From IMG/VR virus record IMGVR_UViG_3300026097_000001: a stretch of 64,000 bases of DNA; one strand, given 5' to 3'. Source of the stretch: a virus (lineage: Duplodnaviria; Heunggongvirae; Uroviricota; Caudoviricetes). This document shows, one piece after another, positions 54,334-63,217 of the stretch. Every line of letters begins with the position of its first letter. The stretch's first letter is position 1. A program made the translations under genes and the position numbers. The notes under the pieces are model-generated. The model did not search any database. It saw nothing but the letters and a program-made list of their open reading frames with translations, and was not told where the DNA came from.

Positions 54334-54894
54334 TTAGCTTCTTAGTTCAAAATTATCCTTTGAGAAAAAGTTATCCATACAATACTGCTTTTCAACTGGA
54401 TAATCATGAGGGCAGGCCCTTTCTCTTTTACCCTGTGGATCTGTAAATGTCGCAGATTCTTTCCAATCGAAACCATATACCGTAACCATCTTTGGATCGC
54501 ACGTAGAGATGTAATCTAAAGTAATCAAACCCGTTGTAGGATTGGCATGTTTTCCTGCTTTTAACTTTAGTGGTTTGTATAGAGAATCTGGGTACACAAA
54601 ATCTACTTTACTTAGATTATTATGAGATCTACCCTGATGGCCAGCGTGAACCTTTTTTATGTTATTTGCAATCTTTGGGAACTGCATTTTGTATTCTGAA
54701 GTATTCCAAAAGAACCATACGTCTGTTCTTTTTCCATGGCTCTTTATTGCGTCCTTACGTGTGTATAACACGGCGGCTTTATTTAACCGCACTACAATAT
54801 CATGAGAGTCTATCTCTTCACCATATTCTCTATCAAATAATGATATTGCATTGCCAATCACAGCAACCGTTTTATTTTCAAACCATTCTTTCAT
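54334..54894 (-). CDS. GT29-like (sialyltransferase-motif) glycosyltransferase, paralogue 1
   Basis: 186 aa; L-motif KTVAVIGNAISL...GEEIDSHDIVVRLNKA and S-motif PTTGLITLDYISTCDPKMVTVYGFDW. Confidence 0.55.
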   Translation of the reverse strand: MKEWFENKTVAVIGNAISLFDREYGEEIDSHDIVVRLNKAAVLYTRKDAIKSHGKRTDVWFFWNTSEYKMQFPKIANNIKKVHAGHQGRSHNNLSKVDFVYPDSLYKPLKLKAGKHANPTTGLITLDYISTCDPKMVTVYGFDWKESATFTDPQGKRERACPHDYPVEKQYCMDNFFSKDNFELRS

Positions 54895-55400
54895 TTTCTT
54901 AGTTCAAATACCTTATCTTTATTTTGAAAGAATCTTTCTCTGCAATAGTTTCTTTCGAGAGGAAAATTGTGGCGATCCTCCTTTAATTGTTTATTATGAA
55001 ACGATGGAGTTTGTTTCCAATCATAACCATATACATAAACCTTCTTAGGATCGTATAATGATATAAGATGTAATATTCTTAAACCAGTCGAAGGACGATG
55101 ATGGCCGAGATCTTCTTTTAACCATTCTATGTCAATCTCTTTGTGATGAAGTATTTCTACGATATGATCGCACGATTTATTAGTAACTCTACTCGGCTTC
55201 ATAGTTTTAAACCAGTTTAAAAACCACACATCAGTCCTTTCGCCGTGAGACTTTACATCCTTAGGCTGCAACATAAAGAACCCACGTTTTATTCTACATA
55301 CCACATCAGCAGAATCTATTTCACTCCCATAATCTTTTTCAAAAAGACTCTTTGCATTACCTACTACCGCAACGGTCTTACCTTCAAAAACTTCCTTCAT
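54891..55400 (-). CDS. GT29-like (sialyltransferase-motif) glycosyltransferase, paralogue 2
   Basis: 169 aa; KTVAVVGNAKSL...GSEIDSADVVCRIKRG and PSTGLRILHLISLYDPKKVYVYGYDW. Confidence 0.55.
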   Translation of the reverse strand: MKEVFEGKTVAVVGNAKSLFEKDYGSEIDSADVVCRIKRGFFMLQPKDVKSHGERTDVWFLNWFKTMKPSRVTNKSCDHIVEILHHKEIDIEWLKEDLGHHRPSTGLRILHLISLYDPKKVYVYGYDWKQTPSFHNKQLKEDRHNFPLERNYCRERFFQNKDKVFELRK

Positions 55401-55406
55401 ATTATC

Positions 55407-56084
55407 CTAGAGACCGTGTTGTTGACTATAATCCATATAGATGCGTTCTCTATGCCATTCGTCTGCCATAGGAGTCGTTGCGAAATCGTGGAAACATGGA
55501 GTACCTAGAGTATAGTGTAGCAACTTTGCATCCGGGTTTGCACCAAACTCGTCAGGCAACCAGTTCCATTCAATCGGAAGTTCACCGATCTCATTATCAG
55601 GCAACCAACTAAATCTATGTACCTTTGCGCCGGTTGCGTTCTGAACAAAATCTGGAGTAACAACGCTATTTCCAGGATGTGCACAGTTCCAGAGTATTAC
55701 GCTCGACCAGTTTTTACGAGGATAGTCTTCGTTCTTTGCACCAAGGTACTTCTCCTTCATGCGAGTCTTATAATCGTGCTTTACTACCATCACGGCCTTC
55801 GAGTCATCACGCATTTCCCAAAGTTTTGCGATATCGTCTCGAAATATCATATCACCATCTACGAACAGTGCCCAGCCCTTGTATCCCATTAGATGAGGAA
55901 TAAGAAACCTACTGTATATGAAATGGTTGCTTCCATCCGTATGCTTCTCTTCATAACCCTTTAAAAGGTTGAGTGATAGCGGATTGATGCTTACCGGTTC
56001 AGATGAATTTCTTATGATAGAATTGGAACATACGTGATATGCTGTTGCCTCTCTCACATCGTATCCCATAAACACTGGTATCAT
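55407..56084 (-). CDS. glycosyltransferase family 8 (LPS alpha-1,2/1,3 hexosyltransferase-like)
   Basis: 225 aa; FIYSRFLIPHLMGYKGWALFVDGDMIFRDDIAKLWEM (GT8 DxD region). Confidence 0.6.
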   Translation of the reverse strand: MIPVFMGYDVREATAYHVCSNSIIRNSSEPVSINPLSLNLLKGYEEKHTDGSNHFIYSRFLIPHLMGYKGWALFVDGDMIFRDDIAKLWEMRDDSKAVMVVKHDYKTRMKEKYLGAKNEDYPRKNWSSVILWNCAHPGNSVVTPDFVQNATGAKVHRFSWLPDNEIGELPIEWNWLPDEFGANPDAKLLHYTLGTPCFHDFATTPMADEWHRERIYMDYSQQHGL

Positions 56085-56623
56085 TGTTTCTTTTTCCTTC
56101 TGCTATTCATTATATCTATCGTTAAGTTTTTTATTAGTATATCTTTAGGTTGATCCATTAACCACTTGATTGTGTTTGCGATATAATCAGTTTCTATTCG
56201 AGGGTATTCTCTTCTATGATCCGTCATTGGAGTATTCATTCTTCCGAGTTTTAAATGAATGATCTTGCAACTCGTATCAATAAGTTGCAGCTGCAGGCAG
56301 GTTTTTTCTAACGCAGCCTTATGAATAGCATATTCATTAACCGCATCCCTGTTGCCATCAGCGCTCACGCTCCCAACATTAATTACCGTGCAATCTCTAT
56401 ATTTATTTTTTTCAAACAACTTATATAAAAGAGTAGTCTGCGAATAATCATGGTATGCATTGTTTATGTATACGTCAAAATCATCAACTAAGAATGTATC
56501 TAGGTCTTTGCTTAAATCATATCCGTTTTGTCTACTTAAACCGACTACTTCATGATCTTTTGATAAAATATTATATAAAGTTTTACCAAGACCGCTTGTA
56601 TGTCCTGTAATCACTATCTTCAT
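56081..56623 (-). CDS. short-chain dehydrogenase/reductase-like Rossmann protein
   Basis: 180 aa; N-terminal MKIVITGHTSGLGKTL glycine-rich NAD(P) motif. Confidence 0.5.
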   Translation of the reverse strand: MKIVITGHTSGLGKTLYNILSKDHEVVGLSRQNGYDLSKDLDTFLVDDFDVYINNAYHDYSQTTLLYKLFEKNKYRDCTVINVGSVSADGNRDAVNEYAIHKAALEKTCLQLQLIDTSCKIIHLKLGRMNTPMTDHRREYPRIETDYIANTIKWLMDQPKDILIKNLTIDIMNSRRKKKQ

Positions 56624-56624
56624 T

Positions 56625-57599
56625 TTATTTTTTATACCTATTCATATCTGCTTCGACCATTTCAGTAATCATACGTTCAAAAGTATATTCCGGCGTCCAA
56701 TCTAGAGTCTTCTTTGCTTTATCAGAGTCGGCATGGAGACTGTGTAGCTCGTTAGGTCTTTCAAACTCCTCGTCACTTACAACATAACTTTCCCAATCGT
56801 TTATACCGACAGTATTAAATGCTACACTACATAGATCACGTACGCTGTGTTTAATTCCCGTCGCAATAATAAAGTCTTCTGGCTTTTCTTGTTGCATCAT
56901 TAACCACTGTGCACGAACGTAGTCTTCAGCGTGACCCCAATCGCGTTCGGCATCAAGGTTTCCAAGAACCACCTTATCCTGTAAACCGTTCTTAATTCTT
57001 GCTACTCCATCCGTTATCTTTCTTGAAACAAATTCAATTCCGCGTATCGGCGACTCGTGATTAAATAGCAATCCAGTACAGGCATACGCATCGTAACTCT
57101 CACGATAGTTTTTAGTAATATGATATCCGTATAGTTTAGCGATACCGTATGGACTTACCGGCTCAAAGGGAGTCTTTTCATTCTGTCTTCCATCTATATT
57201 ACTGTTTCCAAACATTTCGCTGGTGCCCGCTTGGTAAAACTTTGTATCCGGTTTAATACGACGAATTGCTTCTAGACAGTTTAACGGGCCGAGCGCATCA
57301 ACGTGAGTGGTTACATACGCAAGTCTCCAAGAACCTCCAACAAAGCTCTGGGCTGCTAGGTTATAGAGTTCGTCTGGTTGCACTATCTCCATTACATCCA
57401 TCATACTGCAAGGATCCGTAACATCCCCAACGATTGTTTTTAAACCTTTATTGAAAAGATCTAGGTACTCGATGTTATTCCAGTTTGGACTACTATATCT
57501 TTTAACGAGACCATAAACATCATACCCTTTTTCTAATAATAGTTTACCAAGATAGCAGGCATCTTGTCCAGGAAATCCTGTAATTAAAGCGGTCTTCAT
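56625..57599 (-). CDS. gmd: GDP-mannose 4,6-dehydratase
   Basis: 324 aa; ALITGFPGQDACYLGKLLLEKGYDVYG, YNLAAQSFV, TSEMFG and the YGIAKL active-site region match Gmd along the full length. Confidence 0.85.
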   Translation of the reverse strand: MKTALITGFPGQDACYLGKLLLEKGYDVYGLVKRYSSPNWNNIEYLDLFNKGLKTIVGDVTDPCSMMDVMEIVQPDELYNLAAQSFVGGSWRLAYVTTHVDALGPLNCLEAIRRIKPDTKFYQAGTSEMFGNSNIDGRQNEKTPFEPVSPYGIAKLYGYHITKNYRESYDAYACTGLLFNHESPIRGIEFVSRKITDGVARIKNGLQDKVVLGNLDAERDWGHAEDYVRAQWLMMQQEKPEDFIIATGIKHSVRDLCSVAFNTVGINDWESYVVSDEEFERPNELHSLHADSDKAKKTLDWTPEYTFERMITEMVEADMNRYKK

Positions 57600-58774
57600 T
57601 TTATATTCCTTATTACATCTGCTACCATATCGATCTTTTCAGAGAGATCGACACAATCGTTTCCTATAAAGAAACCGTCGTAATGAAGCTTATCGGTTCC
57701 TTCAAAGGTTCCACTACTGTCCCAGTTTAATCTATCTATCACTGGGTTCTTCATAAAGTTACCTGCAACGATTGGTCGTGTTTCTACACCATTCGCCGTG
57801 AGTTCCTCGATTACTTTCTTTCTTTTGCCGGCAAGATCGTCCTCGAGGATCAATCCAAAACCAAACCAGCTACTCTTTTCGTGCTCTACTTGAAGTCTTA
57901 TGTTAGGAACATCAGCAAAGACCTTCTTGGCGACCTCGGCGTTCTTTCTTCGATCTATCATCATCTGAGGCCACTTTTTGAGCTGTTCTTGGCCGATCGC
58001 ACCACTCATCTCAAGAGGGCGTACGCAATAGCCTGGAAGTATAAACTTAAAGCTGTCTTCAAACGGATCACCGGACTTTTTAAACAATGGATCGTCAGAT
58101 GTACTATCCCTTAACCAACCGTGAGCTCTTAGGCTCTTTAGGTACTCGTAGGTCGTATCATCGTTCGTAAGAACCATGCCACCTTCCATAGTCTGCATGT
58201 GGTGGCTAAAGAAGAAACTAAACGTTCCCATCTCGCCGATAGATCCACAGTGCCTGTCGTATTCAAGCGCACCTAGACTCTCACAGTTATCTTCAAGCAA
58301 TGTGATATCCTTTGCATCACATATCTGTTTTAATCTCTTGAGCTCGGCGGGGTTACCTAGAAGGTTAACAACAAAGACGGCCGCGGTATCTTCATCGATC
58401 GCTTCTTCTACAGCTTTAGGATCTATGTTAAATGTATATGGATCCACGTCAACGAACCGCAGAGTATATCCCCACTGATGAACAGGGAAGTATGTTGTAC
58501 TCCAACTCACGGCAGGTACGATTATGTTTCCCTTATTCTTATACTTTGGATTCAATGCAAGCGCCGCTATTGTAATCAGATTGGCGCTGCTACCGCTATT
58601 CGTCATAACGGCATACTTACTTCCAAAGAACTCAGCAAACTGTTCTTCGTATCTTTTTACTTCTTCACCCATCGTATACTTACCACTTGCGATTACACGA
58701 TGAATAGCACTAACTTCTTCATCACCCCAAGTATCACTTGCTAATCTATATTTCACGGGAACTTTCCTTTCCAT
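57596..58774 (-). CDS. DegT/DnrJ/EryC1-family sugar aminotransferase (perosamine-synthase-like)
   Basis: DegT-family conservation (DTWGDEEVSAIHRVIASGKYTMGEEV..., TNSGSSANLI); start trimmed to the internal Met MERKVPV because the 52-aa extension in the track ORF looks spurious. Confidence 0.7.
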   Translation of the reverse strand: MERKVPVKYRLASDTWGDEEVSAIHRVIASGKYTMGEEVKRYEEQFAEFFGSKYAVMTNSGSSANLITIAALALNPKYKNKGNIIVPAVSWSTTYFPVHQWGYTLRFVDVDPYTFNIDPKAVEEAIDEDTAAVFVVNLLGNPAELKRLKQICDAKDITLLEDNCESLGALEYDRHCGSIGEMGTFSFFFSHHMQTMEGGMVLTNDDTTYEYLKSLRAHGWLRDSTSDDPLFKKSGDPFEDSFKFILPGYCVRPLEMSGAIGQEQLKKWPQMMIDRRKNAEVAKKVFADVPNIRLQVEHEKSSWFGFGLILEDDLAGKRKKVIEELTANGVETRPIVAGNFMKNPVIDRLNWDSSGTFEGTDKLHYDGFFIGNDCVDLSEKIDMVADVIRNIK

Positions 58775-59640
58775 TGTATAACACTGTTTAAATATTCGAA
58801 TGTTTTTAAATCCTGTGCCTCGCCGATTGTATATTGGCCGTGCGCAAGACTTTGAAAGAGTGGCATTCTTTCTTTCTCTGTAAGATTTTCTATTTGGCTT
58901 ATCGAATGTGAAAGTGGAAACGCTGGGCAAAACTTGTCACATATAACCGGTACTCCCATTCTTAAGGCGTCTAACGCAGCAGAACTGTTATATGCGACAA
59001 CACAGTATGCGTCTTCAAAAGCTTCTTCGAGGCTCTCTTCGTATTTTGGTTTACCTTTTACTTTTTTTGGATTAATTAACAGATTGTCAATAGTATCACC
59101 GGGTTTTCTTCTTACGATAATAGGTCTATTCGTATACTTTCTTATTTCGTTAATTATATTTTGTTCCCAAGCTAGCTTATCAAAAACTTTGGCAACTACA
59201 TTGCTTGGAGGGAGAATAACGATATTTTGCTTATCCTTAAAATTATAATCTCTAAACTCTAGATCAAAGTTGGTTTCAAATCTCTCTTTACTTACATTCG
59301 GGATAATTGCATTTTGAGCAAACCCGTTCTTTGTAATTCTCATCCAGCACGGGCCGTTATAACCTTTACTAAAGTATGCGTGATCTATGTAATAAAAATC
59401 TACATGGCGCTTCCTTGCCATCTCAAAAAGATGGGCATTTCCACGAAGAATACCCGAAAAAATAATCGCCTTAGCCCGAGGAGGAATGCCCTTCTTTATA
59501 ACTTTTTCTGGCAATGTTCCGTTTGGTTTCTGCACTGATATGAGATGCCGCGTATGTACTATCTTTGCTCCACACGCAGACCCAAACGCTTTTACATAGC
59601 GATCCTGCTCTCTTTTACCTGATAAAAAAGCATATATCAT
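58753..59640 (-). CDS. TagF/KpsS-like GT-B transferase (CDP-alcohol or CMP-sugar dependent)
   Basis: 295 aa; C-terminal YCVVAYNSSAALDALRMGVPVICD resembles the TagF-family motif; paralogous to 60997..62016. Confidence 0.4.
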   Translation of the reverse strand: MIYAFLSGKREQDRYVKAFGSACGAKIVHTRHLISVQKPNGTLPEKVIKKGIPPRAKAIIFSGILRGNAHLFEMARKRHVDFYYIDHAYFSKGYNGPCWMRITKNGFAQNAIIPNVSKERFETNFDLEFRDYNFKDKQNIVILPPSNVVAKVFDKLAWEQNIINEIRKYTNRPIIVRRKPGDTIDNLLINPKKVKGKPKYEESLEEAFEDAYCVVAYNSSAALDALRMGVPVICDKFCPAFPLSHSISQIENLTEKERMPLFQSLAHGQYTIGEAQDLKTFEYLNSVIQWKGKFP

Positions 59641-59644
59641 TATA

Positions 59645-60433
59645 TTACCTTACATTATTCCAATATTGATTTTTTCTTTTTACAATCAGGTCGCCTTTAT
59701 GGCTGGTACCCTTCTTTTTTCGAGGGCCTTTCATATGATCCATAAATTCTCCAAGAGGTCCATTGATAAAGGGGTGGTTATTTTTAATAGAAGGACTCAG
59801 GTTGTGCCAGTGTTTTGGATCAAACCTTTTCATGGCATCGTCATACGTATGACAGTCGGTCCAATTTTCTAGACCAAAGATACTATCGTCTAGGTAGTAT
59901 TTCTTCCATGCATTTAAAAAGTCCTTGGCAATCTCGTGGTTCATATTAAAGATATGAAAGCCGGTTTCGGTATACATCCATGGGCGCGCAAGGTATCCTG
60001 CAAACTTTTCATTTGGGCACCAGTTGCCAATGTCACTTCTCTGAACCGGAGAGTGCGTTCTACTATCGCCATCTAACCACACGAGGATGTCGGTTTCATT
60101 TTCTTCTAGGAATTGAAATAAGGCGAAAACTTTATGACTAAACCTTACAGCATCGAAGCGATAATTTTTTTTACCATTTGTTGCGTGTCTACCTAACCCG
60201 TTTGCCTCAGGATTGTTTTTATGTCTCTCTTTAAATGATAAAAGATCCTTATGATCTAGGATTTTATATTGTACTCTCGGATCTCTTATCAGATCCTTCT
60301 TTGGTATCGGGTCATCAACATAGACGGTTAAATAAGTATCCTTTGGCCAGTTTTCTATGAACCCTCTTACTAATAAGCCACCGGTCTCTTTCCATCCTTG
60401 GAGGCTATAACACGTTACTGCATTTATCCGCAT
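59645..60433 (-). CDS. hypothetical glycan-island protein
   Basis: 262 aa, Trp/His-rich; operon context only. Confidence 0.3.
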   Translation of the reverse strand: MRINAVTCYSLQGWKETGGLLVRGFIENWPKDTYLTVYVDDPIPKKDLIRDPRVQYKILDHKDLLSFKERHKNNPEANGLGRHATNGKKNYRFDAVRFSHKVFALFQFLEENETDILVWLDGDSRTHSPVQRSDIGNWCPNEKFAGYLARPWMYTETGFHIFNMNHEIAKDFLNAWKKYYLDDSIFGLENWTDCHTYDDAMKRFDPKHWHNLSPSIKNNHPFINGPLGEFMDHMKGPRKKKGTSHKGDLIVKRKNQYWNNVR

Positions 60434-60996
60434 GGCAAATCCTTTCTATCAAACACCAGGCCGCGTATTTTTACAAATTGTTGTCTGTCTTTTCTTATTT
60501 CGTTGTTCATTAAAGTAACCGACGCACCTCTCACAGCCATAGTTTCTTTTAGATTAATATCAAACCCATACTCTTTAAATACCTTTACCCAATAGATCTC
60601 AGTCTGCTCGTTGACGTGATTCTTTCCACCCCAAAATGGAGGTGCGGCCGTAAGAATTACTCTCTTACACTTTTGAAAATCTTTCATAAAGATTGGAATA
60701 CACTTTTCTTCAACGTGTTCAACGAACTCTACGCTCCAACCGAGATCAAAATCAATATCAAAGTCTGATGAACCTATTCTATAATCAACCTGCTGAAAGT
60801 TATTTGATTTTGGTGTTTCGTTTGTACCGTCTACGCCATACGCATTGATACCAAGCTTTAACGCTTCCAATACTTGACCGCCTGTACCGCATCCAATATC
60901 AATCATAGTCTTTACGTTCCATTTTTCTTTCGCATATCTCAGCGCTTCAATGTCAACGTTTGTACCACCGCCGTGTTGTTTTTCTTTAAAATCCAC
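60424..60996 (-). CDS. class I SAM-dependent methyltransferase
   Basis: 190 aa; motif I MIDIGCGTGGQVLEAL. Confidence 0.6.
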   Translation of the reverse strand: MDFKEKQHGGGTNVDIEALRYAKEKWNVKTMIDIGCGTGGQVLEALKLGINAYGVDGTNETPKSNNFQQVDYRIGSSDFDIDFDLGWSVEFVEHVEEKCIPIFMKDFQKCKRVILTAAPPFWGGKNHVNEQTEIYWVKVFKEYGFDINLKETMAVRGASVTLMNNEIRKDRQQFVKIRGLVFDRKDLPCG

Positions 60997-62016
60997 TTAT
61001 GAATACTTTCTTATTAATTTTTCCACGTAATAGGATGCTTGCCCAGTTTCAAAATAGGTCGTTGGGATCTCGGTGCAAGACATATTTTTTACCCACCTAA
61101 GGACTTCTTTTTTTGATGCAAGATATGGATTATTTATAGTATTTAAATTTGTATTATTTAAGTCTCTTCCAAAGTTTTCATCTGCACAGTACGTTGGTAT
61201 GCCTGCGTCTATTAACTCAAATATACTAGTTGAATTGTTAATTACTGCACAGTACATATCTTCATACATTTCTCTAATATTTTGCTTTGAACTTAAAAAC
61301 TTTATATTCTTATACTTTTTTGTTAAGTATTGATATTCTTTTTGCATTTTACTTGCAGGATGAATTTTAATTTTTATTCTTCTTTCGGTATGCTTTCTTA
61401 TAGTTTTTATGGAGCTTTCTAAAAATTCGTTTATTGGCATAGTACTCGTTGGATCTATCTCAAGACCGGTGAATATGTATATAGAACCACATTTATTTAC
61501 ATTCCAAGAATGATCATACAAACGTTCAGCATTTATTGTTCTAAGTATATTAAAATCTTCTGGAGTTAACCACTTTCCATGTTCATATACCCAACTGTCT
61601 AAAGAAATTCTTATGTTTGCTTTGTGGTCTGTTTTACGGTAATTATCTTCGGCTCTTGATATCGTTCTACTCTCAAAGACGACGATCTTTTTGTCATGTT
61701 TTCTTGCCAGATCTACCCAGTGCGAATTTAAAACGTCCAAGACAGCGCTTCTTAACTTATATTTCTGTTGTAATTCGCCGCTTGATACTCTATCGTATGA
61801 AAAATCTGGAGGGATATGAAGTTGCTTTCTTAAATCACTGCCCCACGTACCATTTAACACAATTGCATCAGCATCGTAAAAATAGTTCATATACTCCTGT
61901 GGAATAAAATCTTTATCTTTAATCTTAAATTCGTTAAAGTAACTTATGGATGGGCTGTCTGTCATCCTTGCGAATTTTTCGGTAGATCTAGATGTCACTG
62001 AAACGAAATATTTCAA
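60997..62016 (-). CDS. TagF/KpsS-like GT-B transferase, second paralogue
   Basis: 339 aa; C-terminal YCAVINNSTSIFELIDAGIPTYCAD homologous to the same region of 58753..59640. Confidence 0.4.
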   Translation of the reverse strand: MKYFVSVTSRSTEKFARMTDSPSISYFNEFKIKDKDFIPQEYMNYFYDADAIVLNGTWGSDLRKQLHIPPDFSYDRVSSGELQQKYKLRSAVLDVLNSHWVDLARKHDKKIVVFESRTISRAEDNYRKTDHKANIRISLDSWVYEHGKWLTPEDFNILRTINAERLYDHSWNVNKCGSIYIFTGLEIDPTSTMPINEFLESSIKTIRKHTERRIKIKIHPASKMQKEYQYLTKKYKNIKFLSSKQNIREMYEDMYCAVINNSTSIFELIDAGIPTYCADENFGRDLNNTNLNTINNPYLASKKEVLRWVKNMSCTEIPTTYFETGQASYYVEKLIRKYS

Positions 62017-62570
62017 AGTTTATTCTCCTTAGATCCACGAAGGATAAAATTATCTCTATTGAAAAAGTTCTGATAACAATATTCTTTTTCTTCGCTAAAA
62101 ACGTGGGCAACGCACTTTCTTTTTTCGTGCCAAGAATATGTTTCTTTCCAGTCAAAACCGTAGACGTGTACGCTCTTTGGATCCTGCTTAGAAATGTAAT
62201 AGAGGACTCTGAGCCCGGTCGAAGATTTCTTTGTTAGGTTGCTGTCAAGATCTATTCTATCCTCTTCAGAAAAGACTGTATCAGCCATTTCTATAAACTC
62301 AGGAGATACGCTTGTGGTATCCATCTGCATCTTAAGAACACCTTTGTTGTGAGCGGTATTAAAATGCGCTTTGTTCTGTCGAATGTTTTGCATACACCAT
62401 ACGTCGATACGCGATCCCATCTGCTTCCTATATTGAGGAAACCGATACCCACCGCGATTGATCCTTACGACTACGTCCGCAGTGTCTATCTCATTGCCAT
62501 ATCTCTGTTGTATGAGAGACGCCGCGTTGCCAACTACCGCAACCGTCTTTCCTTCAAACCATTCTTTCAT
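62013..62570 (-). CDS. GT29-like (sialyltransferase-motif) glycosyltransferase, paralogue 3
   Basis: 185 aa; KTVAVVGNAASL...GNEIDTADVVVRINRG and SSTGLRVLYYISKQDPKSVHVYGFDW. Confidence 0.55.
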   Translation of the reverse strand: MKEWFEGKTVAVVGNAASLIQQRYGNEIDTADVVVRINRGGYRFPQYRKQMGSRIDVWCMQNIRQNKAHFNTAHNKGVLKMQMDTTSVSPEFIEMADTVFSEEDRIDLDSNLTKKSSTGLRVLYYISKQDPKSVHVYGFDWKETYSWHEKRKCVAHVFSEEKEYCYQNFFNRDNFILRGSKENKL

Positions 62571-62590
62571 TTACTTAACCGCTAATAATA

Positions 62591-62620
62591 AAGATAATAA
62601 AAAAGGAGGCCTGAGCCTCC
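62591..62620 (-). terminator. rho-independent terminator
   Basis: Minus strand GGAGGC-TCAG-GCCTCC followed by TTTTTTATTATCTTTATT; only ~35 nt before the first glycan-island gene. Confidence 0.6.
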
Positions 62621-62649
62621 CTATATTTATCAAATGTTGTAGAGTAGAT

Positions 62650-62847
62650 CTACTGTAGTTTTTTCATTTCAAGGATGCAGTTCTTAGCTGCTTTATGATA
62701 GCCCAAGCGGGTTAATTCAGAGGCAGATCTTGCATATCCTGCTATCATAAATGCATTGTTTATCTTGGCCAAGAATTTTTTAAACAAAGAAGGTCTTGAC
62801 GCCGGTATATGAATTGTTTCTGTATAAAAAGCCATAATTACACCCAA
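62650..62847 (-). CDS. hypothetical protein
   Basis: 65-aa ORF. Confidence 0.3.
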   Translation of the reverse strand: MGVIMAFYTETIHIPASRPSLFKKFLAKINNAFMIAGYARSASELTRLGYHKAAKNCILEMKKLQ

Positions 62848-63092
62848 CCTTTTAGGTTACGGTTTACTTTTGTGCTTGGATATTCTCTATGAAATTTTTC
62901 ATTTGCAATAGCATAGATATCCCCACGTGAGATACCCATATCATTGAGTTCGCGGTTTGATAGAGATGATAGTTCGCTGATTGTTTTATTAACTTGCTTT
63001 CTGTGTTGATAGTAACTTACCAAACCTGAGAAGATATTGGATACGAAAGAAAAGTCAAAGAGTGCTTTTGTATTTTGTAATGTGTGGCTCAT
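62838..63092 (-). CDS. hypothetical protein
   Basis: 84-aa ORF; its translation start is embedded in the 63095-63147 hairpin. Confidence 0.3.
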   Translation of the reverse strand: MSHTLQNTKALFDFSFVSNIFSGLVSYYQHRKQVNKTISELSSLSNRELNDMGISRGDIYAIANEKFHREYPSTKVNRNLKGWV

Positions 63093-63094
63093 GT

Positions 63095-63147
63095 GTGTTC
63101 TCCTTAAAGGGTTTCTGTATTACAGAACTATTTATTAAGGAGAACAC
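63095..63147 (-). promoter_or_regulatory. RBS-sequestering hairpin with AATAAATA box at the 5' arm/loop junction
   Basis: 13-bp perfect IR gtgttctccttaa/ttaaggagaacac with a 27-nt loop that itself holds a 7-bp palindrome ttctgta/tacagaa; the 3' arm carries SD AAGGAG 7 nt before the ATG of 62838..63092. Confidence 0.55.
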
Positions 63148-63217
63148 GAAAAATTGGTAAATAACCATTACCAGTTTGGAATAGCCGTTATTCGTCTAGG
63201 GAAACTGTGACATTGTG

